Shown in pieces: positions 1 to 8,357 of a DNA stretch of 44,710 nucleotides (the first letter of the stretch is position 1; each line of letters starts with the position of its first letter). A program made the translations under genes and the position numbers. The stretch is from a virus: the UHGV virus genome UHGV-0061377, one strand, 5' to 3'. The notes beneath the pieces were generated by a model. That model worked only from the letters and a program-made list of their open reading frames with translations, searched no databases and had not been told where the DNA came from.

Positions 1-3
1 ATC

Positions 4-39
4 TTCCCCAAAACTTTCCCCAAAACCCTTCCCAAAAAC
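4..39. repeat. Three tandem direct repeats (TTCCCCAAAAC-like, period ~12 bp) just past the integrase 3' end; candidate arm-type Int-binding sites of the attL P' arm
   Basis: Seen in sequence: ttccccaaaac / tttccccaaaac / cttcccaaaaac at about 4-14, 15-26, 28-39. Position next to int matches the lambda P' arm layout. The core att site is not identifiable and is probably left of the window. Confidence 0.3.
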
Positions 40-49
40 TGGCTATTTT

Positions 50-1192
50 CTATGCTGTTTTGATATCTACGATAATCCAGTCTTTACCACGATCATCATT
101 GTATCGGTCGGTCATTTTTCTGGATTTATGACCTAACAACTTTTGCGTATCCAGACCCTGTTCCCGATATAACCGTTCTGACAGAGATCGCTGCTCATGA
201 AATGTGGGCGCAGTTCCTTGCTCCCATTTTATGCCACATTTTTCCCTGGCCTTTTTAAAAGCCGTTGTCAGAGTATTTGCAGAAACCTGGTCTCCTCTGT
301 TTGCTTGAGAGGTAGTGTGATGGTAATGGACCAGATATTTACTAACAACAGCATCCCTGCACTGAGATATAACTTCACGAAGGGTAATATTCAGAGCATC
401 GCATTTCAGGTTAAGCGGAATAGCAAGTTTTGAACCGGTTTTTTCCTGAGTAATGTGCAACATGTCGTCCCAGATATCAGAGAATTTCAAATTGCAGATA
501 TCGCCTAAACGTTGTCCAGTGACAAGAGCAAGTAGCATCCCGCATTTTAAATAGGGCTGCCGTCTGCTTACGCTGTCAAATATTGCCTGCCATTCGGGCA
601 GTGATAATCTTTGGCGGTTTACTCGATTTCGCGGTTGTTTTGTTGCCTGCGCTGGGTTAAATCCTGGCGGAACATGTCCTGCGTGTTGTGCTTCTTTGAA
701 GACGTCGATCAACACCATTCTCACGACTTGCGCCATCCTGTTATGACCTTCAGCCTTTACAGCATCAATTATTTCGGCAATATCAAGTGCGGTAATATCC
801 TTGAGGTGTTGCATTCCACAATGCTCACGGAAAAGACGAATGGGTTTGCCTTTTTGCCGATAGGAGTTGGGTCTTAGTTCATTATGTTGCAGCCTGTCCT
901 CCTGGATAGAAATATATTTATCAAGCCATTCTGTCACCGTAATGTCTGAGCGCCTGCCTTTCATTCTTTCCAGACGCTCATTGACGCTTAATATTTGTCG
1001 AGTACGTTGTTCAGCAATAATGGTATTTGCTTCAGTAGCAACTTGTTTTGCTTCATTCTCATCAGTTCCTAAGCTATGAAAACGACCGGATAGTGGATGT
1101 TTGTATTGCCAATATACCTTTCCGGTTCGCTTATCTAATTTGCAATATAAATTGGGTATAGAGATTTTGTGAGATCGGGGTCTAGCAGCCAT
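50..1192 (-). CDS. int: Tyrosine-type site-specific integrase (lambda Int family)
   Basis: 380-aa ORF with C-terminal catalytic-domain motifs (HEQRSLSERLY, LLGHKSRKMTDRY). Lies at the prophage left end and overlaps xis, as in lambdoid phages. Not identical to lambda Int. Confidence 0.9.
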   Translation of the reverse strand: MAARPRSHKISIPNLYCKLDKRTGKVYWQYKHPLSGRFHSLGTDENEAKQVATEANTIIAEQRTRQILSVNERLERMKGRRSDITVTEWLDKYISIQEDRLQHNELRPNSYRQKGKPIRLFREHCGMQHLKDITALDIAEIIDAVKAEGHNRMAQVVRMVLIDVFKEAQHAGHVPPGFNPAQATKQPRNRVNRQRLSLPEWQAIFDSVSRRQPYLKCGMLLALVTGQRLGDICNLKFSDIWDDMLHITQEKTGSKLAIPLNLKCDALNITLREVISQCRDAVVSKYLVHYHHTTSQANRGDQVSANTLTTAFKKAREKCGIKWEQGTAPTFHEQRSLSERLYREQGLDTQKLLGHKSRKMTDRYNDDRGKDWIIVDIKTA

Positions 1193-1418
1193 CAGCGATT
1201 ATCCTTTGGAGTTTTGGGTTTGCGTTTATTGGGAGTTGCGGTTCTGCAAGCGTTCCTACAAAACGGGAATTTCGGTCAATCATCCAGTAGCGACCAACTT
1301 TTATAGCGGGTGGGGCCATCATTTTCCCTTGCGCGTATTTTTTCAGAACTCGCTCACTTGGTGCTAAGTCCCCAAATTCTTCTTTAGCCCAGTCCTGTAA
1401 AGTGATTAGTCGAGACAT
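1182..1418 (-). CDS. xis: Excisionase-like small DNA-binding protein
   Basis: 78-aa ORF immediately upstream of int and overlapping it, on the same strand. Position and size fit Xis. Homology not verified. Confidence 0.6.
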   Translation of the reverse strand: MSRLITLQDWAKEEFGDLAPSERVLKKYAQGKMMAPPAIKVGRYWMIDRNSRFVGTLAEPQLPINANPKLQRIIADGC

Positions 1419-1557
1419 TTGTCCTCCTCTTAGCTGCTGAGGGAGTTTGTGACCGATATATCTGACATGATATTAAGCTCATGGCAGGTACATCTCTTGA
1501 CTGGTCATAGAGATAAATTTAATGCTGAGAAATGCAGTATTGAATTTATCAATTTTT

Positions 1558-1797
1558 CTATTTCCTGCGCATGTCACGTAACTTCTTAATGTGTTCTGCC
1601 GTTTCGATCTCTTCTGCTATCCGATCTGCATCAGCTTTATTCACAGGTTCAAAGTCATGATTAAAGCGGAACATGCTGGCGATACATGTTCTGCCTTTTC
1701 GGATGTAGTGAACTTTGTTGTGGGTAGAACGCAGGATTTTGCAGGGAGTGCCGTGGTGGTCGACGTACCAGGTGTTAGGGTCAATCACTCTGAACAT
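1558..1797 (-). CDS. Hypothetical early-left-operon protein
   Basis: 79-aa ORF co-oriented with neighbours and overlapping the next ORF by a few codons. No family recognised. Confidence 0.4.
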   Translation of the reverse strand: MFRVIDPNTWYVDHHGTPCKILRSTHNKVHYIRKGRTCIASMFRFNHDFEPVNKADADRIAEEIETAEHIKKLRDMRRK

Positions 1798-2110
1798 TCT
1801 TGACCTTGTGTTGTGCGGATTGATATTCAGTGCTGATATTCACCTTTATAGCGAACACCTTTACCGGTTTATCGCCAAAGTGCGGATGTGTGATTGTCTT
1901 CACTTCATATCCGTCATACGGAACATCAATTCTGCGACTGGAATCGTCGCGCTTCGGATATCCCTTTGTGATAATCAGGCGGTCATATTCCCGGAACATA
2001 ATTCGCTTATTCCAGTAGTCATTACACAAGCGATACTCTTCCGTTTTCTCTCCGCGAATCATGGAATCGAAGTATTCACTTTTAACAGCAAGTTGCAGGT
2101 TAGCCATCAC
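1781..2110 (-). CDS. Hypothetical early-left-operon protein
   Basis: 109-aa ORF, translationally coupled to the TraR-like gene upstream (overlap at 2107-2110). Confidence 0.45.
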   Translation of the reverse strand: MMANLQLAVKSEYFDSMIRGEKTEEYRLCNDYWNKRIMFREYDRLIITKGYPKRDDSSRRIDVPYDGYEVKTITHPHFGDKPVKVFAIKVNISTEYQSAQHKVKNVQSD

Positions 2111-2328
2111 TTAATCCCCCTTTGTTTGCGGATAAGCTCCAGATCTTGCTGGCAACTGGCGCAAGTCCGACAACCCTGAACGGCCAGTCGTCTTCGTTCA
2201 TCTATCGGATCGCCACACTCACAACAATGAGTGGCAGATACAGCCAGGTGGTTCAGGCGGCGCATTTTTATTGCTGTGTTGCGCTGTAATTCTTCTATTT
2301 CTGATGCTGAATCAATGATGTCTGCCAT
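2107..2328 (-). CDS. TraR/DksA-family C4 zinc-finger protein
   Basis: 73 aa with CxxC-(17)-CxxC (CCECGDPID...CRTCASCQ), the pattern of phage TraR-like proteins. Confidence 0.7.
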   Translation of the reverse strand: MADIIDSASEIEELQRNTAIKMRRLNHLAVSATHCCECGDPIDERRRLAVQGCRTCASCQQDLELIRKQRGIK

Positions 2329-2383
2329 CTTCCATTAATCCCTGAATTGTTGGTTAATACGCTTGAGGGTGAATGCGAACAAT

Positions 2384-2404
2384 AAAAAAGGAGCCTGTAG
2401 CTCC
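2384..2404 (-). terminator. Candidate intrinsic terminator (minus strand)
   Basis: Inverted repeat ggagc-ctgta-gctcc followed on the minus strand by a T-run (plus-strand aaaaaa at 2384-2389). The stem is only 5 bp. Confidence 0.35.
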
Positions 2405-2426
2405 CTGAGGATTTTGCTTTTCATGT

Positions 2427-2642
2427 TCACCGTTCCTTAAAGGCGCCGTTTAACATACCGATTGCCAGACTTAAATGAGTCGGTGTGAATCCCATCAGCG
2501 TTACCGTTTCGCGGTGCTTCTTCAGTACGCTACGGCAAATGTCATCGACGTTTTTATCCGGAAACTGCTGTCTGGCTTTTTTGATTTCAGAATTAGCCTG
2601 ACGGGCAATACTGCGAAGGGCGTTTTCTTGCTGAGGTGTCAT
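2427..2642 (-). CDS. Hypothetical protein
   Basis: ORF trimmed to the internal ATG (MTPQQENALRS...); the longer 104-aa reading would overlap the methyltransferase gene. Confidence 0.4.
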   Translation of the reverse strand: MTPQQENALRSIARQANSEIKKARQQFPDKNVDDICRSVLKKHRETVTLMGFTPTHLSLAIGMLNGAFKER

Positions 2643-2718
2643 TGAACAAGTCCCATGTCGGCAAGCATAAGCACACAGAATATGAAGCCCGCTGCCAGAA
2701 AAATGCATTCCGTGGTTG

Positions 2719-3276
2719 TCATGCAGCCTCCCGACGGGCAAGAATCCTTGAGCCGAACGCCATCAACTCGCCACGATCAACGGTCGTAAAGTGGCAGTGT
2801 GTACGGGGGTATGGGTGCCAGATAATGAGCATCGAGCCTTTATTATTTCCACTCACGGGTTTCTCGGTGAGTGGGTTAATAAATGCCAGTCGTCCTGCTG
2901 TGATGAATCTGACCTCACTGGCGGTTTGTATCGCTTCATGAAACCATCCGACAGACGTGTCAGCAGGCAATAACATTACACATCCCACACTACTGAATTT
3001 GTTTTCGGTGGCTGCCTTTTTCACAAAAGGGGAAATATTGCTGTATGGTGGATTCAGCCAGACATAACCAGAGGCATATCCCATTGCTTCAGGCCATGAA
3101 GTGGTTAATGTGTTCTGCTCCTGTGAGATAAAAAGCCGACATAGCCGGTTTTTTTCGTTGGCTGCAGCATCAAGTTGAAAAACGAACTCTGCATTCAGCG
3201 CAGCAAAAATCTCTGGTGGTGTGCGCCAGCTGTCGCGATGTTCGGCAGGAGTATTGCTTCCGGTGAAATCAGTCAT
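2719..3276 (-). CDS. Phage DNA N6-adenine methyltransferase (Dam-like)
   Basis: 185 aa with the catalytic NPPY motif (WLNPPYS) and an N-terminal region typical of small phage Dam-family methyltransferases. Confidence 0.75.
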   Translation of the reverse strand: MTDFTGSNTPAEHRDSWRTPPEIFAALNAEFVFQLDAAANEKNRLCRLFISQEQNTLTTSWPEAMGYASGYVWLNPPYSNISPFVKKAATENKFSSVGCVMLLPADTSVGWFHEAIQTASEVRFITAGRLAFINPLTEKPVSGNNKGSMLIIWHPYPRTHCHFTTVDRGELMAFGSRILARREAA

Positions 3277-3427
3277 ACAGCCCCCCGTTTATTATTTATC
3301 TCCTCAGCCAGCCGCTGCGCTTTCAGTGGATTTCTGATAACAGAAAGGCCGGGAAATACCCAGCCTCGCTTCGTAACGGAGTGGACGAAAGGGATCACGC
3401 CTACCCGGATATTATCGTGAGGATGCT

Positions 3428-4108
3428 TCATCGCCATTGCTCCCCAAATACAAAACCAATTTCAGCCAGTGCCTCGTCCATTTTTTCGATGAACTCCGGC
3501 ACCATCTCGTCAAAACTCGCTATGTACTTTTCATCCCGCTCAACCACGACATAATGCAGGCCTTCACGCTTCATACGCGGGTCATAGTTGGAAAAGTACC
3601 AGGCATCTTTTCGTGTCACCCACATGCTGTACTGCACCTGGGCCATGTAAGCCGACTTTATGGCCTCGAAACCACCGAGCCGAAACTTCATGAAATCCCG
3701 GGAGGTAAACGGGCATTTCAGCTCAAGGCCATTGCCGTCACTGCATAAACCATCGGGAGAGCAGGCGGTGCGCATACTTTCGTCGCGATAGATGATCGGG
3801 GATTCAGTAACATTCACGCCGGAAGTGAATTCAAACAGGGTTCTGGCGTCGTTCTCGTACTGTTTTCCCCAGGCCAGCGCCTTAGCATTAACTTCCGGAG
3901 CCACACCGGTGCAAACCTCAGCCAGCAGGGTGTGGAAGTAGGACATTTTCATGTCAGGCCACTTCTTTCCGGAGCGGGGTTTTGCTATCACGTTGTGAAC
4001 TTCTGAAGCGGTGATGACGCCGAGCCGTAATTTGTGCCACGCATCATCCCCCTGTTCGACAGCTCTCACATCGATCCCGGTACGCTGCAGGATAATGTCC
4101 GGTGTCAT
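3428..4108 (-). CDS. exo: Lambda exonuclease (Red-alpha)
   Basis: 226-aa product is near-identical over its full length to lambda Exo as I recall it ([40 protein letters not shown]...). Confidence 0.95.
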   Translation of the reverse strand: MTPDIILQRTGIDVRAVEQGDDAWHKLRLGVITASEVHNVIAKPRSGKKWPDMKMSYFHTLLAEVCTGVAPEVNAKALAWGKQYENDARTLFEFTSGVNVTESPIIYRDESMRTACSPDGLCSDGNGLELKCPFTSRDFMKFRLGGFEAIKSAYMAQVQYSMWVTRKDAWYFSNYDPRMKREGLHYVVVERDEKYIASFDEMVPEFIEKMDEALAEIGFVFGEQWR

Positions 4109-4890
4109 GCTGCCACCTTCTGCTCTGCGGCTTTCTGTTTCAGGAATCCAAGAGCTTTTACTGCTTCGGCCTGTGTCAGTTCTGACGATGCACGAATGTC
4201 GCGGCGAAATATCTGGGAACAGAGTGGCAATAAGTCGTCATCCCATGTTTTATCCAGGGCGATCAGCAGAGTGTTAATCTCCTGCATGGTTTCATCGTTA
4301 ACCGGAGTGATGTCGCGTTCCGGCTGGCGTTCTGCAGTGTATGCAGTATTTTCGACAATGCGCTCGGCTTCATCCTTGTCATAGATACCAGCAAATCCGA
4401 AGGCCAGACGGGCACACTGAATCATGGCTTTATGCCGTAACATTCGTTTGGGATGCGACTGCCACGGCCCCGTGATTTCTCTGCCTTCGCGAGTTTTGAA
4501 TGGTTCGCGGCGGCATTCATCCATCCATTCGGTAACGCAGATCGGATGATTACGGTCCTTGCGGTAAATCCGGCATGTACAGGATTCATTGTCCTGTTCA
4601 AAGTCCATGCCGTCAAACTGCTGGTTTTCGTTGATGATGCGGGACCAGCCATCAACGCCCACCACCGGAACGATGCCGTTCTGCTTATCAGGGAAGGCGT
4701 AAATTTCTTTCGTCCACGGATTAAGGCCGTATTGGTTGGCGACGATCAGCAATGCGATGAACTGCGCATCGCTGGCATCGCCTTTAAATGCTGTCTGGCG
4801 AAGAGTGGTGATCAGTTCCTGTGGGTCGACAGAATCCATGCCGACACGTTCAGCCAGCTTCCCTGCCAGCGTTGCGAGTGCTGTACTCAT
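4105..4890 (-). CDS. bet: Recombination protein Bet (Red-beta, single-strand annealing)
   Basis: 261 aa, near-identical to lambda Bet; overlaps exo by 4 nt as in lambda. Confidence 0.95.
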   Translation of the reverse strand: MSTALATLAGKLAERVGMDSVDPQELITTLRQTAFKGDASDAQFIALLIVANQYGLNPWTKEIYAFPDKQNGIVPVVGVDGWSRIINENQQFDGMDFEQDNESCTCRIYRKDRNHPICVTEWMDECRREPFKTREGREITGPWQSHPKRMLRHKAMIQCARLAFGFAGIYDKDEAERIVENTAYTAERQPERDITPVNDETMQEINTLLIALDKTWDDDLLPLCSQIFRRDIRASSELTQAEAVKALGFLKQKAAEQKVAA

Positions 4891-4895
4891 CCGTT

Positions 4896-5192
4896 TTATA
4901 CCTCTGAATCAATATCAACCTGATGGTGAGCAATGGTTTCAACCATGTACCGGATGTGTTCTGCCATGCGCTCCTGAAACTCAACATCGTCATCAAACGC
5001 ACGGGTAATGGCTTTTTTGCTGGCCCCGTGGCGTTGCAAATGATCGATGCATAGCGATTCAAACAGGTGCTGGGGCAGGCCTTTTTCCATGTCGTCTGCC
5101 AGTTCTGCCTCTTTCTCTTCACGGGCGATCTGCTGGTAGTGACGCGCCCAGCTTTGAGCCTCAAGACGATCCTGAATGTAATAAGCGTTCAT
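4896..5192 (-). CDS. gam: Gam, RecBCD inhibitor
   Basis: 98 aa ([60 protein letters not shown]...), matching the short form of lambda Gam. Confidence 0.92.
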   Translation of the reverse strand: MNAYYIQDRLEAQSWARHYQQIAREEKEAELADDMEKGLPQHLFESLCIDHLQRHGASKKAITRAFDDDVEFQERMAEHIRYMVETIAHHQVDIDSEV

Positions 5193-5267
5193 GGCTGAAC
5201 TCCTGAAAATGGCTGTGAAAATATCGCCCGCTAAATGCCAGGCTGATTAGGAAAACAGGAAAGGGGA

Positions 5268-5558
5268 TTAGTGATTCAGGCCGTTACCGCGTCCGTCGAG
5301 AAAAACTTCCACGAGCAAATCACGGGTATAAGTGCGCTCGATGCCGCGATGCAGATAAAGCCGTCCGCGTAAATTAGCTGATGCAGTCCAGGTACCATCT
5401 TTGTGTTTGACCAGCATTCCTGGCATGACCGCACCTCGATTAACGGTCTGCGTTCCGTAATGTTGATGAACCATAAAAACTCCTGCCCGTAAGCTGGGCT
5501 GCTGAACATATAGAGACTTCTGCGCGTATTCAGGCGGTGGATGGCCGCCGGTTGTCAT
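5268..5558 (-). CDS. Hypothetical protein in the kil/cIII position downstream of pL
   Basis: 96-aa reading from an internal ATG with a GAGG about 11 nt upstream. The longer 136-aa reading starts at TTG. No lambda Kil or CIII similarity recognised. Confidence 0.4.
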   Translation of the reverse strand: MTTGGHPPPEYAQKSLYVQQPSLRAGVFMVHQHYGTQTVNRGAVMPGMLVKHKDGTWTASANLRGRLYLHRGIERTYTRDLLVEVFLDGRGNGLNH

Positions 5559-5751
5559 AACTAAGCCGCCTCGTTGAAGCGACTGAGGTATGAGGTGTTG
5601 AGTTGATTTCAGCTGGTCACACCGACGTTCACACGTCCGTTTCACCCCTCGCACTCCCCGGAGCCTGCTGAAATTCAAGCTGCGGATCTAAGCGGTCATC
5701 GCAACGGTGAATCAGGTGGTTGCCGTATCGTTGTGTTGTTGCGATGAACTC

Positions 5752-5806
5752 ATTTAAAACTATGGTTGTTTTACCGTCAACAACAAAAGTTGTTTCATTG
5801 GTTGTT
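5752..5806 (-). promoter_or_regulatory. OL-like operator with candidate pL promoter
   Basis: Near-palindrome ATGGTTGTT-N8-AACAACAAA at 5762-5787, paralogous to the OR palindrome, plus an extra GGTTGTT half-site at 5800-5806. On the minus strand, TTGACG (5780-5775), 17-bp spacer, TTAAAT (5757-5752). Confidence 0.5.
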
Positions 5807-5920
5807 TTAGATATAACTGGTTGTATTTAGGATGGATTTATTTTGTGACTTGCATCGCATAGCGATAACTGAAGCGGGGGGTATGGTGGTTTTTTGAACG
5901 GTGTGTGATGAGGGGAGGCA

Positions 5921-5946
5921 AAAGAAAACCCGGCACGACGGCCGGG
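5921..5946 (-). terminator. Intrinsic terminator ending the cI-side operon
   Basis: GC-rich hairpin cccggc-acgacg-gccggg at 5929-5946, followed on the minus strand by TTTTCTTT. Lies directly after the stop of the membrane-protein gene. Confidence 0.6.
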
Positions 5947-5954
5947 GAGGGGGG

Positions 5955-6461
5955 TCATTTTAATCTATCAAGGAGTGACTCTCTTTCCTTCTTCTCTGAT
6001 TCTCTTCGGTTTAATAACGCTTTAAACTCTTGAAGCTCAACCATTATTTTATGAACGAATACACTGGTATAGAGAGAAATAAAGAGTAATCCACCTGAAA
6101 TTTTTAAGACCCTGAAGAGTAGGGCTTGATCATTTGTGCTTGCTATTAACCCCAAGATTACAAACAAAGTTGAAAATACATAGAAAGCTAATAATAAAAC
6201 CAATTTCAGTCTCTTGGATTTGACTATTGGCACTAATCGCCTAACCTCACTAGGGGTTAAAGACGAGTGGTCATTGGCCTCATTTGCCTTAAAAATGGCT
6301 TGTATACAATATGATAATGGCAATTGCATGAGTCCAACCACAGCCCACGGAGCAGTTAGGACAACACCCGGTGTAATATAGCCCAATGCTGACTTGAACA
6401 AAAAGTAACCAGCAAAATAGAAGACCAACATACCAATAAGGTGGATGATGTTCGATTTCAT
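5955..6461 (-). CDS. Small integral membrane protein (4 predicted TM helices, charged coiled-coil-like C-terminal tail); distal gene of the repressor-linked module
   Basis: 168 aa. Hydrophobic segments at roughly residues 5-22, 29-57, 85-108 and 119-136, then a tail rich in E/K/R (NRRESEKKERESLLDRLK). AT-rich codon usage. No family recognised. Confidence 0.65.
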   Translation of the reverse strand: MKSNIIHLIGMLVFYFAGYFLFKSALGYITPGVVLTAPWAVVGLMQLPLSYCIQAIFKANEANDHSSLTPSEVRRLVPIVKSKRLKLVLLLAFYVFSTLFVILGLIASTNDQALLFRVLKISGGLLFISLYTSVFVHKIMVELQEFKALLNRRESEKKERESLLDRLK

Positions 6462-6482
6462 TATCGCCCTCCTTTTGGTAGG

Positions 6483-7109
6483 TTATTTTGCAACCAATTC
6501 TCCGGCATCAAGTTTTGAGAACAGCCACTTATGCATTTTTAAGAATAAATCATTTTCATCAATAATGCCATTGTTATATTCAACGCTAATTTTTCCGGAT
6601 AATTTTATCTCTTTTCCCGTTATTTCCCCACCGCCTTGAAGTTTGATGCTAATATCATCCTCATCTAGATGTCGTAGTGAGGTAGCAATACTGTCTATAA
6701 CAGCTTGACCGCTATCATTTGTTTTTCTGAAGTATGTAATCTCGAGGCTTACTTGTAAATTGGCCTCATCTAATGAATCTTTAATGTTTATATCATTTGC
6801 CCAGTTATCGCCAAAAAATGCTTTTAGTAGCGCACCTCCTTTCCCTATTGGGCGGTATTTTATTGTCTTCACCGAACCATTTGAAAAGGAGGGTGTTTGG
6901 TTCTCTGAATTTTTAACTTCTGAAGTAATGGGTAATCCACCAATTTTTATGCTCTTGGCTGGTGCTTTCTCCATTTTTTTCATCGTTTCTTCGGATGGCT
7001 TATCTTGAAGCATTAACACAGATTCTTTTTCATCTGTGAATGTATTAATTAGCCAATTCAAATGCGCCTCAAGCTCCCTTGCTCGAAGCGATGTGGATTG
7101 AACGATCAT
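6483..7109 (-). CDS. Hypothetical soluble protein; middle gene of the repressor-linked module
   Basis: 208-aa ORF, AT-rich, rich in K/N/I/E/D. No obvious Shine-Dalgarno. The reading frame stays open upstream to the poly-A tract of the preceding ORF. Confidence 0.55.
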   Translation of the reverse strand: MIVQSTSLRARELEAHLNWLINTFTDEKESVLMLQDKPSEETMKKMEKAPAKSIKIGGLPITSEVKNSENQTPSFSNGSVKTIKYRPIGKGGALLKAFFGDNWANDINIKDSLDEANLQVSLEITYFRKTNDSGQAVIDSIATSLRHLDEDDISIKLQGGGEITGKEIKLSGKISVEYNNGIIDENDLFLKMHKWLFSKLDAGELVAK

Positions 7110-7147
7110 GACATGGTTGTTTAGTACACCAAAATATAAAATTGAAT

Positions 7148-7504
7148 CTACAAACTCTCTTTTTTGTCACTACGTTTATCTCCATCAATAATTATATCAT
7201 TAGACGTGATGGAGTTAATGTCATAAAATTTAACATTATCACTAAGCTCTAATAGAGACTGGCTTTTGTCTTTTTCAAATAAAACCAGTTGCCCAAAAAG
7301 TATAGTTTTGTATGTGTCGCTTTTATTTAAGAAACGATACCCCGAATTTTCATCTGAAGGTGTTATTTTTTCTTGTCTACTAAGTACTTTTTCTGCAACG
7401 CCGCCCTCACCTATAATACTAAGTAGTATGTTTTGTAATGATGATTTGCTGTGTGGGATTACTGCTTTTTTATAATGAACGACTTTTTGTCTGTTATCTT
7501 TCAT
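7148..7504 (-). CDS. Hypothetical protein; first gene downstream of cI in the module (possibly the N-terminal part of a frameshifted longer gene)
   Basis: 118-aa ORF, AT-rich. Ends 6 codons after an A6 tract (plus-strand T6 at 7160-7165). Confidence 0.5.
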   Translation of the reverse strand: MKDNRQKVVHYKKAVIPHSKSSLQNILLSIIGEGGVAEKVLSRQEKITPSDENSGYRFLNKSDTYKTILFGQLVLFEKDKSQSLLELSDNVKFYDINSITSNDIIIDGDKRSDKKESL

Positions 7505-7561
7505 TGCTATAGTCCAACTAGTATTGAATAAATAAACACAGTAAAGACATAAAAATTTCTT

Positions 7562-7591
7562 ATAGCTACCGATAACGTAATCGGTAGCTAT
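7562..7591. promoter_or_regulatory. Perfect 12-bp-stem hairpin between cI and the downstream module
   Basis: atagctaccgat-aacgta-atcggtagctat. On the minus-strand transcript it is followed by AAGAAAUUUUU. Candidate terminator, attenuator or protein-binding site. Confidence 0.5.
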
Positions 7592-7626
7592 TACAAATCA
7601 ACCAAAGGTAATTCTTTACATACTAC

Positions 7627-8316
7627 CTACCCATGCTTCCTGTAGGTCTGCGGCATGCTCCCAATAACTTTCCCGAAGATAAACACCCGGTTCATCTCGT
7701 CTTTCTCAATTGGGTCCCACGGCGAGTAGCTCTTGTTATCAGAGATAACCAGTAGCTTATCCTTCATCATTTGCAGGCGCTTTACATGGGCTGTGTCGTC
7801 GTACAGAAACGCATAGATACCATCACCGTCGAAAGATTTAACTGTGATATCAACGAACAGCAGATCACCTGGTTCGATCGTTCCTGACATGCTGTCACCA
7901 CGCACGTTAATGATGCGGATATTTTCCGCCTTCCTACCATCGAACATGTGACGAGCATCGTCAAACGAGTACTCAACCGAGCGTAGAACTTCTACAAACT
8001 CACGGTTGATGACTCCCGGCCCAGCACTGACTTCTATATCAAGAACGTCAATCTTAAAGTATTTGGAATGGCTGACAGTTGATAGTATTGGTTGCACTGT
8101 ACTGTCTGACATATTTCCAACGCCAGAAGATAACCATTCTGCGCGCACACCCAAAGCGTTCGCGATCTCCACGATTTTAGTTGTTTGGTTAGCTTTCCCT
8201 GTTTCGATTTTCTGAATAGCAGCTTGGCTAACCCCGACCAAATCCCCAAGCGCCTTTTGTGTAAGGCCTCGCGCTAATCTGGCTTCTTTAAGTCTTTCTG
8301 AGAGTGTTGTTTTCAT
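7627..8316 (-). CDS. cI: CI-type prophage repressor (N-terminal HTH_XRE, C-terminal S24 LexA-like autopeptidase)
   Basis: Trimmed to the internal ATG (MKTTLSERLKEARLARGLTQKALG...). HTH at the N-terminus; S24 Ser/Lys dyad context (VRGDSMSGTIEPGDLL ... HVKRL). Divergent from the cro-like gene across the operator. Confidence 0.9.
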   Translation of the reverse strand: MKTTLSERLKEARLARGLTQKALGDLVGVSQAAIQKIETGKANQTTKIVEIANALGVRAEWLSSGVGNMSDSTVQPILSTVSHSKYFKIDVLDIEVSAGPGVINREFVEVLRSVEYSFDDARHMFDGRKAENIRIINVRGDSMSGTIEPGDLLFVDITVKSFDGDGIYAFLYDDTAHVKRLQMMKDKLLVISDNKSYSPWDPIEKDEMNRVFIFGKVIGSMPQTYRKHG

Positions 8317-8357
8317 AGTCCAAATGTACAACCAAGGTTTTATTCCATCAAACGAAA

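Noticed and set aside
5268-5678. TTG-start 136-aa reading with Arg-rich N-terminus as a possible N antiterminator
   Set aside because: No boxA/boxB nut site found between pL and this ORF, non-canonical start, and no recognisable N similarity. Kept only as a hypothetical shorter CDS.
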